Below are positions 8,312 to 16,666 of a stretch of DNA of 32,942 nt, piece after piece. Below the pieces are notes generated by a model. That model made no database searches, had not been told where the DNA came from, and saw only the letters and a list, made by a program, of their open reading frames with translations. Numbering within the stretch: position 1 is the stretch's first letter; the number at the start of each line of letters is the position of its first letter. The DNA comes from a virus. Taxonomy: Duplodnaviria > Caudoviricetes. The DNA is taken from the IMG/VR virus record IMGVR_UViG_3300046012_000651, positions 1 to 32,942 of that record; one strand, 5' to 3'. The position numbers were made by a program, and so were the translations under genes.

Positions 8312-8980
8312 ATGTTCCTGCTGATCGTAGAAGACGCAAAGTTCGAAGAGTCCAAGCACCCGCGTGCCGAGAACGGCGAGTTTGGTGAAGGCTCCGGGAG
8401 CGGTGCGTCTTCTACGAAGAAAAGCGGTGGAACGAAGCTTTCCCACGCGCAGATTGCGAAGGTTGCGACTGCTTACGCGGGGCACCATGATCCACACAGC
8501 GACTCCAACTTTGGCGGCACAGCGCAACGGTTGAATAAGTCGCTACGTCAAGGTAAGCCGCTGAATGCAAAGCAGCAGTCGCTCGTAGATGGTTTGGATC
8601 ACGCCATTGCTTCCGCGGAGCCGCTAAAAGAGCCGATGACGCTGTATCGTGGCGCTGGAAATGAAGTTTACAAGAAAGACCACACAGAGCGCGGATACGC
8701 CAGTACGACAACGAACCTGGAAGTCGCGCAATCCATAAGCGAAGGCTATGAGACTGAGAAGGAAGTCATTTACGAAATCCAAGTGCCGAAAGGCGCGCGG
8801 ATGTTGAAGATGAATGACTATCTTCCTAAGGACCATGAATTCGCGAGTGAGGACGAGCACATTCTACCACGCAACGCAGAGTTCGAACCGGCGGGCGAAC
8901 CTCGCAAGCAGAAAGTCACTGACTATCACAGCGTCACGATAATTCCAGTCAAATACAAGCTTCCGCAGGAGCCGAAATGA
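8312..8980 (+). CDS. ADP-ribosyltransferase (VIP2/exotoxin-like, R-S-ExE class)
   Basis: LNKSLRQG, LYRG (Arg), YASTT (Ser), IYEIQVPKG, SEDEHILPRN (ExE). N-terminal DAKFEESKHPRAENGEFG peptide and a Gly/Ser linker. Confidence 0.85.
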   Translation: MFLLIVEDAKFEESKHPRAENGEFGEGSGSGASSTKKSGGTKLSHAQIAKVATAYAGHHDPHSDSNFGGTAQRLNKSLRQGKPLNAKQQSLVDGLDHAIASAEPLKEPMTLYRGAGNEVYKKDHTERGYASTTTNLEVAQSISEGYETEKEVIYEIQVPKGARMLKMNDYLPKDHEFASEDEHILPRNAEFEPAGEPRKQKVTDYHSVTIIPVKYKLPQEPK

Positions 8981-11142
8981 CGAAGTTCTTTTATCTAGCG
9001 CCGGGGAAGGGCAAGGTCGGTCCGTTCGCTTCCCCCGCCATCGCTCTGGACAAGGCGCTCGCGGCCGGCGACATTTCGCAGGAAGAGCGGAACACGCTGA
9101 TGGCGGACCTCGCGGAGGATCCGCCGACTTCCGAGGCTCAGCGTCGCGCCATGTACGCCGCCGCCAGCGGCAATTCCACGCTCGGCATCCCTCAGAAGGT
9201 CGGTAAGGAGTTCGTCGGCAAGGACGCGGAGATCAAGGGCCACGCTGCCGGCACCCTGTACGTAACGCCGGATGCCAAGGTGCTCCTCATGCGCCGAGGC
9301 AAGGGCGCCGGTGACTTCAAGGGTCACTGGTCACTGCCCGGTGGTCATGTGGAAGACGGCGAAGAGCCCAGTGCGGCGGCAATCCGCGAGTCGCACGAGG
9401 AGCTCGGCATTTCGCCGACCTCAGCGGGCCGGCTCCTGGACCAGCGCATTTCGCCCGGCGGTCTCGCGTTCCACACCTTCGCGCAAGGCGTGGATGCGCC
9501 GTTTCGCCCGGCGATGAACGAGGAGCACGACCGCTACGACTGGTTCGATCTGGATGACCTCCCGATCAAGACGCACCCCGGACTGCGCGCCACGCTCGAC
9601 GAGCGGCTGCTCGGCGGCGCCGTCGATCTGGCCCCGTCCGAGTGGACGTCGCTGCGCGAGAACTTTGCCAAGTGGACTCGCGAGGAAGAGGCCGAGAAGG
9701 AGCACGCTGAGGAAAAGAAGGCGATGGACGCCAAGCGGCGCCTCGTCGCCCTCGACAAGAAGTCCGTCCGCACCTACGACCAGGACGGGCACCTGCTCGT
9801 CGAAATGACGAACATCAGCAAGGCCAACGTCTGCCCGTATCGCGGCGAGGAAATTCCGGACTCGGAGGCGCTGGGCCTCGACCCGAACAAGGTCTACATG
9901 CTGCTCCGCGACCCGAAGGAGCTCGAGAAGGCGGCGTCCACGGCGCAAGGCAAGCCGGTCCTGCTCCTTCACGTGCCGATCAACGCCGATGACCATCCAC
10001 GGGAGATCACGGTCGGCAGCGTGGCCGGAGAGCCGGTGTTCAAGGCGCCGTACCTACGGGCTCCGCTCTCGGTCTGGGATGGTGAAGCGATCGAGCTCAT
10101 CGAGTCGGACAAGCAGAAGCAGATTTCCTGCGCCTACCACTATTCGGCGGATATGACGCCGGGAGAATACAAGGGTGAGCACTACGACGGGGTGATGCGC
10201 AATATCGCGTTCAATCACGTCGCCCTTGTCGAAGAAGGACGCGCCGGTCCTGATGTCGTAGTCGGCGATAGCAAGCTCACAACCAAGGAGAGTGACATGA
10301 GCGGTAAAAAGACCGCCCTGTCGGCTGCCGGCATGGTGGCCTACGGGGCGCTCATGACGCATCTACGCCCGCGACTCGCGGCCGATGCGGCAATCGACTT
10401 CAAGCCGGTATTCGTCGGCGTGACCTCGAAGAACTTCAAGACCCACAAGAAGCGGATCGCGGCCGACGTGACGAAGCTGGCTGGTCAGAAGCTCGCCAAG
10501 GACGCCAGCCTCGAGGACGTGACCGAGTTCCTCGACTGCCTCGAGAAAGAGGTCGAGGGTGTCGACGCCAATATGGAGCCGAACTCGGCTGCCGGTCCGT
10601 CGGCGGCGAACCAGCTACGCGGTGGCGAGGACGACGAGATGGATGGCGACGAGGACGACGAGAAGAAGCGTCGTGAGTTCCTCCAGTCCAAGCTTTCGGC
10701 CGAGGACATGAAGGCTTACGACGCCGAGTTCGGCGCCGGCGAGGAGCAGGACGCCATGGACGAAGCGAAGGATCCGAAGGAGAACATGGTCGACAAGAAG
10801 GCGATGGACGCCGCGATCAAGGTGGCGCTCGACGCGAACAACAAGAAGCACGCCGCGATCGAGGAAGCCAAGGAGTTCGTCCGCCCCTGGGTCGGCGCGC
10901 TCCGGGGTGCGTTCGATTCGGCGAGCGGTGTCTACAAGACCGCGCTCGACACTCTCAAGGTCGACGTCGGCGACGCACACCCCGACGCGTTCAAGAGCAT
11001 TCTCGCCGTGCAGACCAAGCCCGGTGAGACCCGCACGGCGTTCGATGCAGCGCCGCGCGGTGGCAGTGGCGCGAAGGCGCCGGAAGGTTATGGCTTCGAC
11101 GACGTGTTCGGTAAGAACGCGCACGTCGCCGGCCGCGCCTAA
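8977..11142 (+). CDS. Multidomain head maturation protein: Nudix hydrolase + DUF2213 (putative prohead protease) + scaffold
   Basis: Nudix box GHVEDGEEPSAAAIRESHEELGI (about 9343-9411). DUF2213 motifs NISKANVCPYRGEEIP, QISCAY, NHVALVEEGRAGPDV. Acidic helical C-terminal region. Confidence 0.88.
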   Translation: MTKFFYLAPGKGKVGPFASPAIALDKALAAGDISQEERNTLMADLAEDPPTSEAQRRAMYAAASGNSTLGIPQKVGKEFVGKDAEIKGHAAGTLYVTPDAKVLLMRRGKGAGDFKGHWSLPGGHVEDGEEPSAAAIRESHEELGISPTSAGRLLDQRISPGGLAFHTFAQGVDAPFRPAMNEEHDRYDWFDLDDLPIKTHPGLRATLDERLLGGAVDLAPSEWTSLRENFAKWTREEEAEKEHAEEKKAMDAKRRLVALDKKSVRTYDQDGHLLVEMTNISKANVCPYRGEEIPDSEALGLDPNKVYMLLRDPKELEKAASTAQGKPVLLLHVPINADDHPREITVGSVAGEPVFKAPYLRAPLSVWDGEAIELIESDKQKQISCAYHYSADMTPGEYKGEHYDGVMRNIAFNHVALVEEGRAGPDVVVGDSKLTTKESDMSGKKTALSAAGMVAYGALMTHLRPRLAADAAIDFKPVFVGVTSKNFKTHKKRIAADVTKLAGQKLAKDASLEDVTEFLDCLEKEVEGVDANMEPNSAAGPSAANQLRGGEDDEMDGDEDDEKKRREFLQSKLSAEDMKAYDAEFGAGEEQDAMDEAKDPKENMVDKKAMDAAIKVALDANNKKHAAIEEAKEFVRPWVGALRGAFDSASGVYKTALDTLKVDVGDAHPDAFKSILAVQTKPGETRTAFDAAPRGGSGAKAPEGYGFDDVFGKNAHVAGRA

Positions 11143-11174
11143 ACCCCACTATCAGCAGAAGGAACTGAGAAACC

Positions 11175-12149
11175 ATGAGCTCTTCGCAGGGCTTTCAGAC
11201 GCAGGCTTACTATGATCCTGCGCGTGCCGTGGCGGGCGACTTCGCGTCGTCCAATCCGCGGCATTCCGTAGTCGCCGGTCCCGGCGGCATCATCGCAGGC
11301 GTGAGCCTGCATACTGGCCGCTTCGCGTGGCTCACCTCCAACCCCGTCGACGGTGACGGCGCTCCGGCTGTCGCCAACGACTTCGGCACCGGCACCCCGG
11401 CCGGCTTCGTCCACCGCGATCAGCAGGGTCTCATCACGACCTATCTGGACGAGGCGGGTCAGCAGGTCCAGGCCGGCTTCCCGGTCACGTTGTTCGACGG
11501 TGGCGATTTCTTTGTCGTCAACGACGGCGCCAGTCAGGCCCTCGTTGGTCAGAAGGCATACGCCAACTTCTCCAACGGCAAGATTACGTTCGCGGCAACC
11601 GGCTCTCCGACGGCGGGCGGCACCTCCAGCGCCTCCACGATCGCAGCCAAGACCGCCACGCTCACCGGCTCCATCGCCGGTAACGTGCTCACGGTCACGG
11701 CCGAGAGCGGCGATCCGATCGTTGCGGGTGCGGTGCTCGGCTCCGGCTCGGGTGTCGCCACCGGATCGGCGATCGTCAGTCAGCTTCTGCCTCTGCTTTC
11801 GGGCGAGGCGTTGGGCGGCATCGGGCGCTACTACCTGAGCATCCCGGAGCAGACCGTCGCTTCCGAAGCCATGACGTTCACCTACGGTCTGCTGACCGTT
11901 GGCGGCACCGTCGCGGGCACCTTCGGTCTCGGCGATACCGTCACGGGTTCGGGCGTCACGGCCGGCACCACCATCACGCAGCTGGGCACCGGGACCGGCG
12001 GCGCGGGGACCTACTACGTCAACCTCACACAGACGGTCGGCTCGGAAGAGATCGACGTCGGTGTGTCGAACGTGGAGACCAACTTCCGCGTCGTGTCGTC
12101 GGGTCTCGCCGGCGAGCTGGTCAAGATCACCAGCCAGCCGCACGCCTAA
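11175..12149 (+). CDS. Head decoration/cement-type structural protein with two inserted Gly/Thr modules
   Basis: Lies between scaffold and capsid. GFQTQ...AVAGDFASSNP...GFVHRDQQGLIT N-terminus and GELVKIT C-terminus are typical of this slot. Confidence 0.75.
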   Translation: MSSSQGFQTQAYYDPARAVAGDFASSNPRHSVVAGPGGIIAGVSLHTGRFAWLTSNPVDGDGAPAVANDFGTGTPAGFVHRDQQGLITTYLDEAGQQVQAGFPVTLFDGGDFFVVNDGASQALVGQKAYANFSNGKITFAATGSPTAGGTSSASTIAAKTATLTGSIAGNVLTVTAESGDPIVAGAVLGSGSGVATGSAIVSQLLPLLSGEALGGIGRYYLSIPEQTVASEAMTFTYGLLTVGGTVAGTFGLGDTVTGSGVTAGTTITQLGTGTGGAGTYYVNLTQTVGSEEIDVGVSNVETNFRVVSSGLAGELVKITSQPHA

Positions 12150-12163
12150 GGGAGAACTGACAC

Positions 12164-13330
12164 ATGAAGACTTTCACCGACTTCCGCGTGGCGATGGACG
12201 CCTTCCAGGCTCATCGCCCCATGTTCTCCGCCGCCGGTATTCATCTCACCGGCGCGCGGTCCTACGTCACCGACGCCATCAAGCGCGACTGGCGTCTGGC
12301 GTGCGACCACGCATCACTGCTCGGCTTCGACGGCCGCGCGGCGCTCGAGGGTTTCGACCCGATGGCGCTGGATGCACTGCCCACGCTCAGCACTGAAGCC
12401 AACTCGGCGATCCCGGCGTTCCTCACGACGCTGATCGATCCCGAGGTCTACGAGATCCTGTTCGCCCCGACCAAGGCGGCCGAGATCTTCGGCGAGAAGC
12501 AGAAGGGCACCTGGGTTGACCAGACCGCCATGTTCCCCGTCGTCGAGCAGACCGGCGAGGTTTCCAGCTACGGAGACTTCAACGAGAACGGCCGCTCGGG
12601 CGCGAACATGAACTGGCCTCAGCGTCAGGCGTACCTGTTCCAGTCCATCTGCGAGTACGGCGAGCTCGAAGTCGCGCGCGCCGGTCTCGGCCGTGTGAAT
12701 TGGGTCAGCGAAATCGACAAGGCGTCGACCACTGTCCTCGCCCGGTTCATGAACTCGGCCTACTTCCGCGGCGTCGTGGGACTGCAGAACTACGGCATCC
12801 TCAACGACCCGAACCTGTCGGCCGCGCTGACTCCGTCGACCAAAGCGGCCGGCGGCACGAAGTGGGTCAACAATGGCGTGATCGTCGCCACCGCGAACGA
12901 GATCTATGCCGACATCCAGTCGCTCTACCTTCAGCTCATCAAGCAGACCGCCGGTCTGGTCGATAAGAACTCGAAGATGACGCTGGCTCTGTCGCCGCAG
13001 AGCGAGTTCGCGATGACTGCGACCAACAGCTTCGGCGTGAACGTCGAGGATCTGGTCAAGAAGAACCTCAAGAACCTGCGCGTCGTTTCGGCGGTGCAGT
13101 ACGGCGGACAGTCCTCGACCAATCCGGTCGGCAATCCGGCGGGCGAGCTCGTTCAGCTGATCGTCGACGACGTCGAGGGCCAGGACACTGGCTACTGCGC
13201 CTTCAACGAGAAGCTGCGGACGCATCCGATCGTGCGTCAGCTCAGCAGCTGGAAGAAGAAGATGACCTCCGGCGTCTGGGGCGCGATCCTGCGGATGCCG
13301 ATGGGCATCGCGCAGATGGTCGGCGTCTAG
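12164..13330 (+). CDS. Major capsid protein (DUF2184 type)
   Basis: GEVSSYGDF, RQAYLFQ, YGILNDPNL, SSWKKKMTSGVWGAILRMP motifs. Strong SD, highly biased codons. Confidence 0.92.
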   Translation: MKTFTDFRVAMDAFQAHRPMFSAAGIHLTGARSYVTDAIKRDWRLACDHASLLGFDGRAALEGFDPMALDALPTLSTEANSAIPAFLTTLIDPEVYEILFAPTKAAEIFGEKQKGTWVDQTAMFPVVEQTGEVSSYGDFNENGRSGANMNWPQRQAYLFQSICEYGELEVARAGLGRVNWVSEIDKASTTVLARFMNSAYFRGVVGLQNYGILNDPNLSAALTPSTKAAGGTKWVNNGVIVATANEIYADIQSLYLQLIKQTAGLVDKNSKMTLALSPQSEFAMTATNSFGVNVEDLVKKNLKNLRVVSAVQYGGQSSTNPVGNPAGELVQLIVDDVEGQDTGYCAFNEKLRTHPIVRQLSSWKKKMTSGVWGAILRMPMGIAQMVGV

Positions 13331-13354
13331 CCGCTTCAACCTCAACCCGAAGGA

Positions 13355-13378
13355 TCCCCGGCGTGGCAGCGTCGGGGA
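13355..13378 (+). other. Intergenic GC-rich hairpin after the capsid gene
   Basis: TCCCCGGCG-TGGCAG-CGTCGGGGA forms a 9-bp stem with one G:U pair. No U-tract. Confidence 0.6.
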
Positions 13379-13402
13379 CCTCAGCCTAGAAAAGGAAATC
13401 AC

Positions 13403-13852
13403 ATGGCGTCTCTCACCACGGTTTGCGTTGGACTGAAGCACCCGTCGGGTCTCATCCTCCGCCTGTTCGACATGACCGACACGCCGGAGCCCCAGCGCGA
13501 CGGCGGCTATAAGACGGTTCAGCTTGCGCGCCCTCGCACGGTCGCGGAAGGCGCTCTCAACGGCGAGGTTCGCCTCAAGGGCTACTCGGTGCGCAGCGCG
13601 CAACAGGCGCTTCCGCATCAGCCGGCTTCCTACGCCATCACCGAGAACGTCCCTGAGGCGTTCTTCAAGGAGTGGATCCGGCAGAACTCCGACTCCGACC
13701 TCGTGAATAACAAGCTGCTCGTCTGGGGGCGCAATCGCGCGCACGTCGAGGCGCAGATCCGCGAGTACGAGGGTCAGCTGATGGGCTTCGAGCCGATCGA
13801 CCCGCAGAACCTGCCGCGCGGCATCTCCACCTTCAACAAGGAAGCGATGTAA
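13403..13852 (+). CDS. Conserved hypothetical head-associated protein
   Basis: AAGGA SD. TVCVGLKHPSGLILRL...YAITENVPEAFFKEW...GFEPIDP is typical of the post-capsid gene in this phage type. Confidence 0.75.
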   Translation: MASLTTVCVGLKHPSGLILRLFDMTDTPEPQRDGGYKTVQLARPRTVAEGALNGEVRLKGYSVRSAQQALPHQPASYAITENVPEAFFKEWIRQNSDSDLVNNKLLVWGRNRAHVEAQIREYEGQLMGFEPIDPQNLPRGISTFNKEAM

Positions 13853-13853
13853 C

Positions 13854-14300
13854 ATGGGCGTCGCCGTCACCTTCAATTACGCGAGCTGGCTCCTCCTCTT
13901 TCCGGAGTTCACGACCACGGTCTCGCAGCCGCAGGCGGAGCAGGTCATCCTCCCGCTCGCGGAGACGTATTGTCGGAACGACGGCGGCGGTCCTGTTACC
14001 ACGGCGGCGCAGCAGACGAACCTGCTAAACCTGATGGTGGCGCACTGCGCTCAGCTTCTGTTCGGCTCGTCCAAGGGCGCCGCCGGGCCGTTGGTCGGGC
14101 GCATCTCCTCCGCCTCGCAGGGCAGCGTTTCCGTGTCCACCGACTTCCCGCAGAACGCGAACGCGGCGTGGTTCAATCAGACTGTGTATGGCGCGATGTT
14201 CTGGGTCGCGTGCGCCCCGTATCGCACCATGCGCTATCTGCCGGGACCGCGCCGCAACTTCAACGCCTTCCCGGGGCGCGGCGGTTCACGGTGTCTCTGA
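13854..14300 (+). CDS. Head-tail adaptor (DUF4054 type)
   Basis: FPEF, LMVAH, VGRISSASQGSVSVS, WFNQTVYGAMFW. Confidence 0.85.
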   Translation: MGVAVTFNYASWLLLFPEFTTTVSQPQAEQVILPLAETYCRNDGGGPVTTAAQQTNLLNLMVAHCAQLLFGSSKGAAGPLVGRISSASQGSVSVSTDFPQNANAAWFNQTVYGAMFWVACAPYRTMRYLPGPRRNFNAFPGRGGSRCL

Positions 14301-14734
14301 GCGGCGGCGACAAGGTCGCGCGCGTTCTGAACGAACTGGCTGCGAAGCTCGGCAGAAAGCCCACGCTTCGAGTCGGCTTCCTACAGGGTGCCACGTACCC
14401 CGACGGAACAGCCGTGTCGATGGTCGCCGCGATCCACGAGTACGGCGCTCCAGCGGCGGGCATTCCTGCGCGGCCTTTCATGCGCCCCACCATCGCGCGG
14501 AATAGGAACCAGTGGGGCAAGGACCTCAGCCATCTACTTGAGGTCAATGACTATGACGTTGTTCGCTCACTGAATTTGCTGGGCGAACACGTCAAAGGGC
14601 AGATCCAGGAGGCGATAACGAAAGTCACGTCGCCTCCATTGAAGCCCGCCACGGTGGCGGCGAAGGGCAGCGCGAAGCCGCTCATTGACACCGGCCACAT
14701 GCTCAACAGCGTCGATTACAACGTCGAGGAGTAA
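14291..14734 (+). CDS. Neck/tail-completion protein
   Basis: LRVGFL, AAIHEYGA, IPARPFMR, KPLIDTGHMLNSV. Likely GTG start at 14291. Confidence 0.85.
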   Translation: MSLSGGDKVARVLNELAAKLGRKPTLRVGFLQGATYPDGTAVSMVAAIHEYGAPAAGIPARPFMRPTIARNRNQWGKDLSHLLEVNDYDVVRSLNLLGEHVKGQIQEAITKVTSPPLKPATVAAKGSAKPLIDTGHMLNSVDYNVEE

Positions 14735-14742
14735 ACATCATC

Positions 14743-15501
14743 ATGCGCTTACCGTTTCGCCATCTCGCCCTGATCCTGGCGCTGGCGCTTGCCCCGATGG
14801 CGGCGCTGGCGCAGTCCCAGACCACCGACCAGATCCCAGCACCGCTACCGACTGCGGCGTTGACCGATCCGTCCAAGTCGGAGCTCTACATTCAGAACCA
14901 GTCGGTCTCCGGCGGCACGCTCTACACGACTCTGTTCAAGCCGGCGGGCATCGGCGCCGTTCCGCAGGTCGGCAGCACGACCTTTGTCCCCGTCGGCGCG
15001 ACGAGCCCGACGAGATATCTCAAACTGAGTGACGGCAAGTCCGACCTCGGCGTGCCGATGACCGCCGCGGCCGGCACGCCTTCGGGCACCGTCGGTATCT
15101 CCCGGACCGCCGGCTCAAGCATGGTGCTCGTCGGTGAAGCGACTTCGGCTTCGGCCAAGACCGACAAGGTGATCTTTGAGTTCACGATCCCCGACACCTA
15201 CATAGCCGGGACGAGCATTCCGCTGCTCATCAACGCCAACTACACCGGGGGCGGTACCGTCACGGCGGCGTCAACCACGCTTACCCCGACCGCGTACACG
15301 GAGTCCGCGGCGGGCGTCGAGTCGGCGGTGACGACCAGCGCGGCGCAGCAATTCACCGGCACTGCGGCGACGTACACCTTCACGATCACGGGCACGAGCC
15401 TCGTACCGGGGCAGCGCATGGTCGTAGAGATCGTAATGCTCGTCACGACTTCGGCGGGCGCGGCGACCGGTCAGATCAACAGCGTCGCGTTCCAAGGGTA
15501 G
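14743..15501 (+). CDS. Putative secreted beta-rich protein with Sec signal peptide
   Basis: MRLPFRH-LALILALALAPM-AALA|QSQ, followed by a Thr/Ala/Ser-rich mature region. Confidence 0.7.
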   Translation: MRLPFRHLALILALALAPMAALAQSQTTDQIPAPLPTAALTDPSKSELYIQNQSVSGGTLYTTLFKPAGIGAVPQVGSTTFVPVGATSPTRYLKLSDGKSDLGVPMTAAAGTPSGTVGISRTAGSSMVLVGEATSASAKTDKVIFEFTIPDTYIAGTSIPLLINANYTGGGTVTAASTTLTPTAYTESAAGVESAVTTSAAQQFTGTAATYTFTITGTSLVPGQRMVVEIVMLVTTSAGAATGQINSVAFQG

Positions 15502-15511
15502 TAGGCGCCCC

Positions 15512-15922
15512 ATGAACCTCAGCGGCATCGTCGGCGGCGCGATCGGGATGGTAAATCCTCCCATCCCGGCGACGCTGTATCGTTCAACGGGCTACACGAA
15601 GTCTGCGGACTACAAACAAGTTCCGTCGTACGACGCCGGTACGACGGTTCTTGCGCAGGTCCAGGCGCTCACCTTCAAGGACCTCACGCAGTTGCAGGGG
15701 GTCAACATGAACGGTGAGAAGCGAGGCATCTACGTTCTCGGCAACTCCGAGGGCGTGAACCGCCAAGCTCTACGTGGCGGTGACAAGTTCGTGTTCGGTT
15801 CAGGCGCCCCGGCGCCGCTCACCAGCACGACGTGGATCGTGGCGCAGGCGCTCGAAGAATGGGGCTCTGCAGCCCCGGATGCCTGGACCAAGGTCGCTGT
15901 CACTTTACAGAATAACGGCTGA
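15512..15922 (+). CDS. Head-closure/neck protein
   Basis: MNLSGIV...VNP, QVQAL, GGD, LEEW...WTKVAVTLQ, plus position in the neck module. Confidence 0.75.
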   Translation: MNLSGIVGGAIGMVNPPIPATLYRSTGYTKSADYKQVPSYDAGTTVLAQVQALTFKDLTQLQGVNMNGEKRGIYVLGNSEGVNRQALRGGDKFVFGSGAPAPLTSTTWIVAQALEEWGSAAPDAWTKVAVTLQNNG

Positions 15923-16653
15923 TGGCTTTCCTCATTGATCTCACCGAAGCGCAGATCTTCGCAGCAATCGGTAACGTGCTGACGGAGATCTTACCGAGCA
16001 CCGTCGAGGTGACGCGGCTCCAGGTGAACCGCGTGCCGGAGCCGAAGTCTGACGACTGGGTCGGTATGCTGCCGGTTACACGTGAACGCATCGGCACGAA
16101 CGTCGACTCCGTTGAAGATTTGGCATTCACGGCGTCCATCGTCGGCGTGCGCATGACGGTGACCGACGTCATCGTCGGAACCATCGCCGACGGCAGCATT
16201 CTCGCTGGCCCATACGTGACCACGAATACGACGGTCTTGACGCAGCAGTCCGGAACACCCGGCGGCGTCGGCGTCTACACTGTGGACACGACGCAGACTG
16301 CGGTGAGCGGTCTGGTCTGGGCGGGGTTCACCGACATGAAGCAGGCGCTCAAGATGCGTGTGCAGCTTGACGTCCACGGCCCCAACTCGCCGGAGAACGC
16401 TACGATCATCAGCACGGTGTTCCGTGATGAGCAAGGCGTTTCGTTGTTCGAAGCGCAGCCCTACGAGGTCACGCCGTTGTACTGCGATGATCCCCGTCAG
16501 CTGCCGTTCGACAATGATCAGCAGCAGGTAGAAGAACGTTGGACCGTCGACGCGTATCTACAAGCGTCGCCGACGGTCAAAGTACCGCAACAGTTCGCGG
16601 ATAGCGTGGTGCTGACCGTGATCAACGTCGACGAAGCGTACCCACCTTCATAA
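15922..16653 (+). CDS. Tail terminator/neck protein with one inserted Gly/Thr module
   Basis: QVNRVPEP, VQLDVHGP, PLYCDDPRQ, EERWTV. Immediately precedes the sheath gene. Confidence 0.75.
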   Translation: MAFLIDLTEAQIFAAIGNVLTEILPSTVEVTRLQVNRVPEPKSDDWVGMLPVTRERIGTNVDSVEDLAFTASIVGVRMTVTDVIVGTIADGSILAGPYVTTNTTVLTQQSGTPGGVGVYTVDTTQTAVSGLVWAGFTDMKQALKMRVQLDVHGPNSPENATIISTVFRDEQGVSLFEAQPYEVTPLYCDDPRQLPFDNDQQQVEERWTVDAYLQASPTVKVPQQFADSVVLTVINVDEAYPPS

Positions 16654-16666
16654 ACTGGAGACTTGA

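Noticed and set aside
7046-8980. MuF-ART toxin fusion by read-through
   Set aside because: MuF ends with TAA at 7867, and a separate 145-aa gene with its own SD lies between MuF and the ART.
10777-10788. Second internal AAGGAG-ATG in the scaffold region
   Set aside because: The spacer is only 3 nt, and Lys-Glu codons explain the match.
12314-13876. 520-aa minus-strand ORF, and similar long antisense ORFs (4447-5766, 11139-12143, 16676-17590, 26416-27432)
   Set aside because: These are shadows of strongly codon-biased, high-GC plus-strand genes. They have no recognisable motifs and lie opposite clear structural genes.
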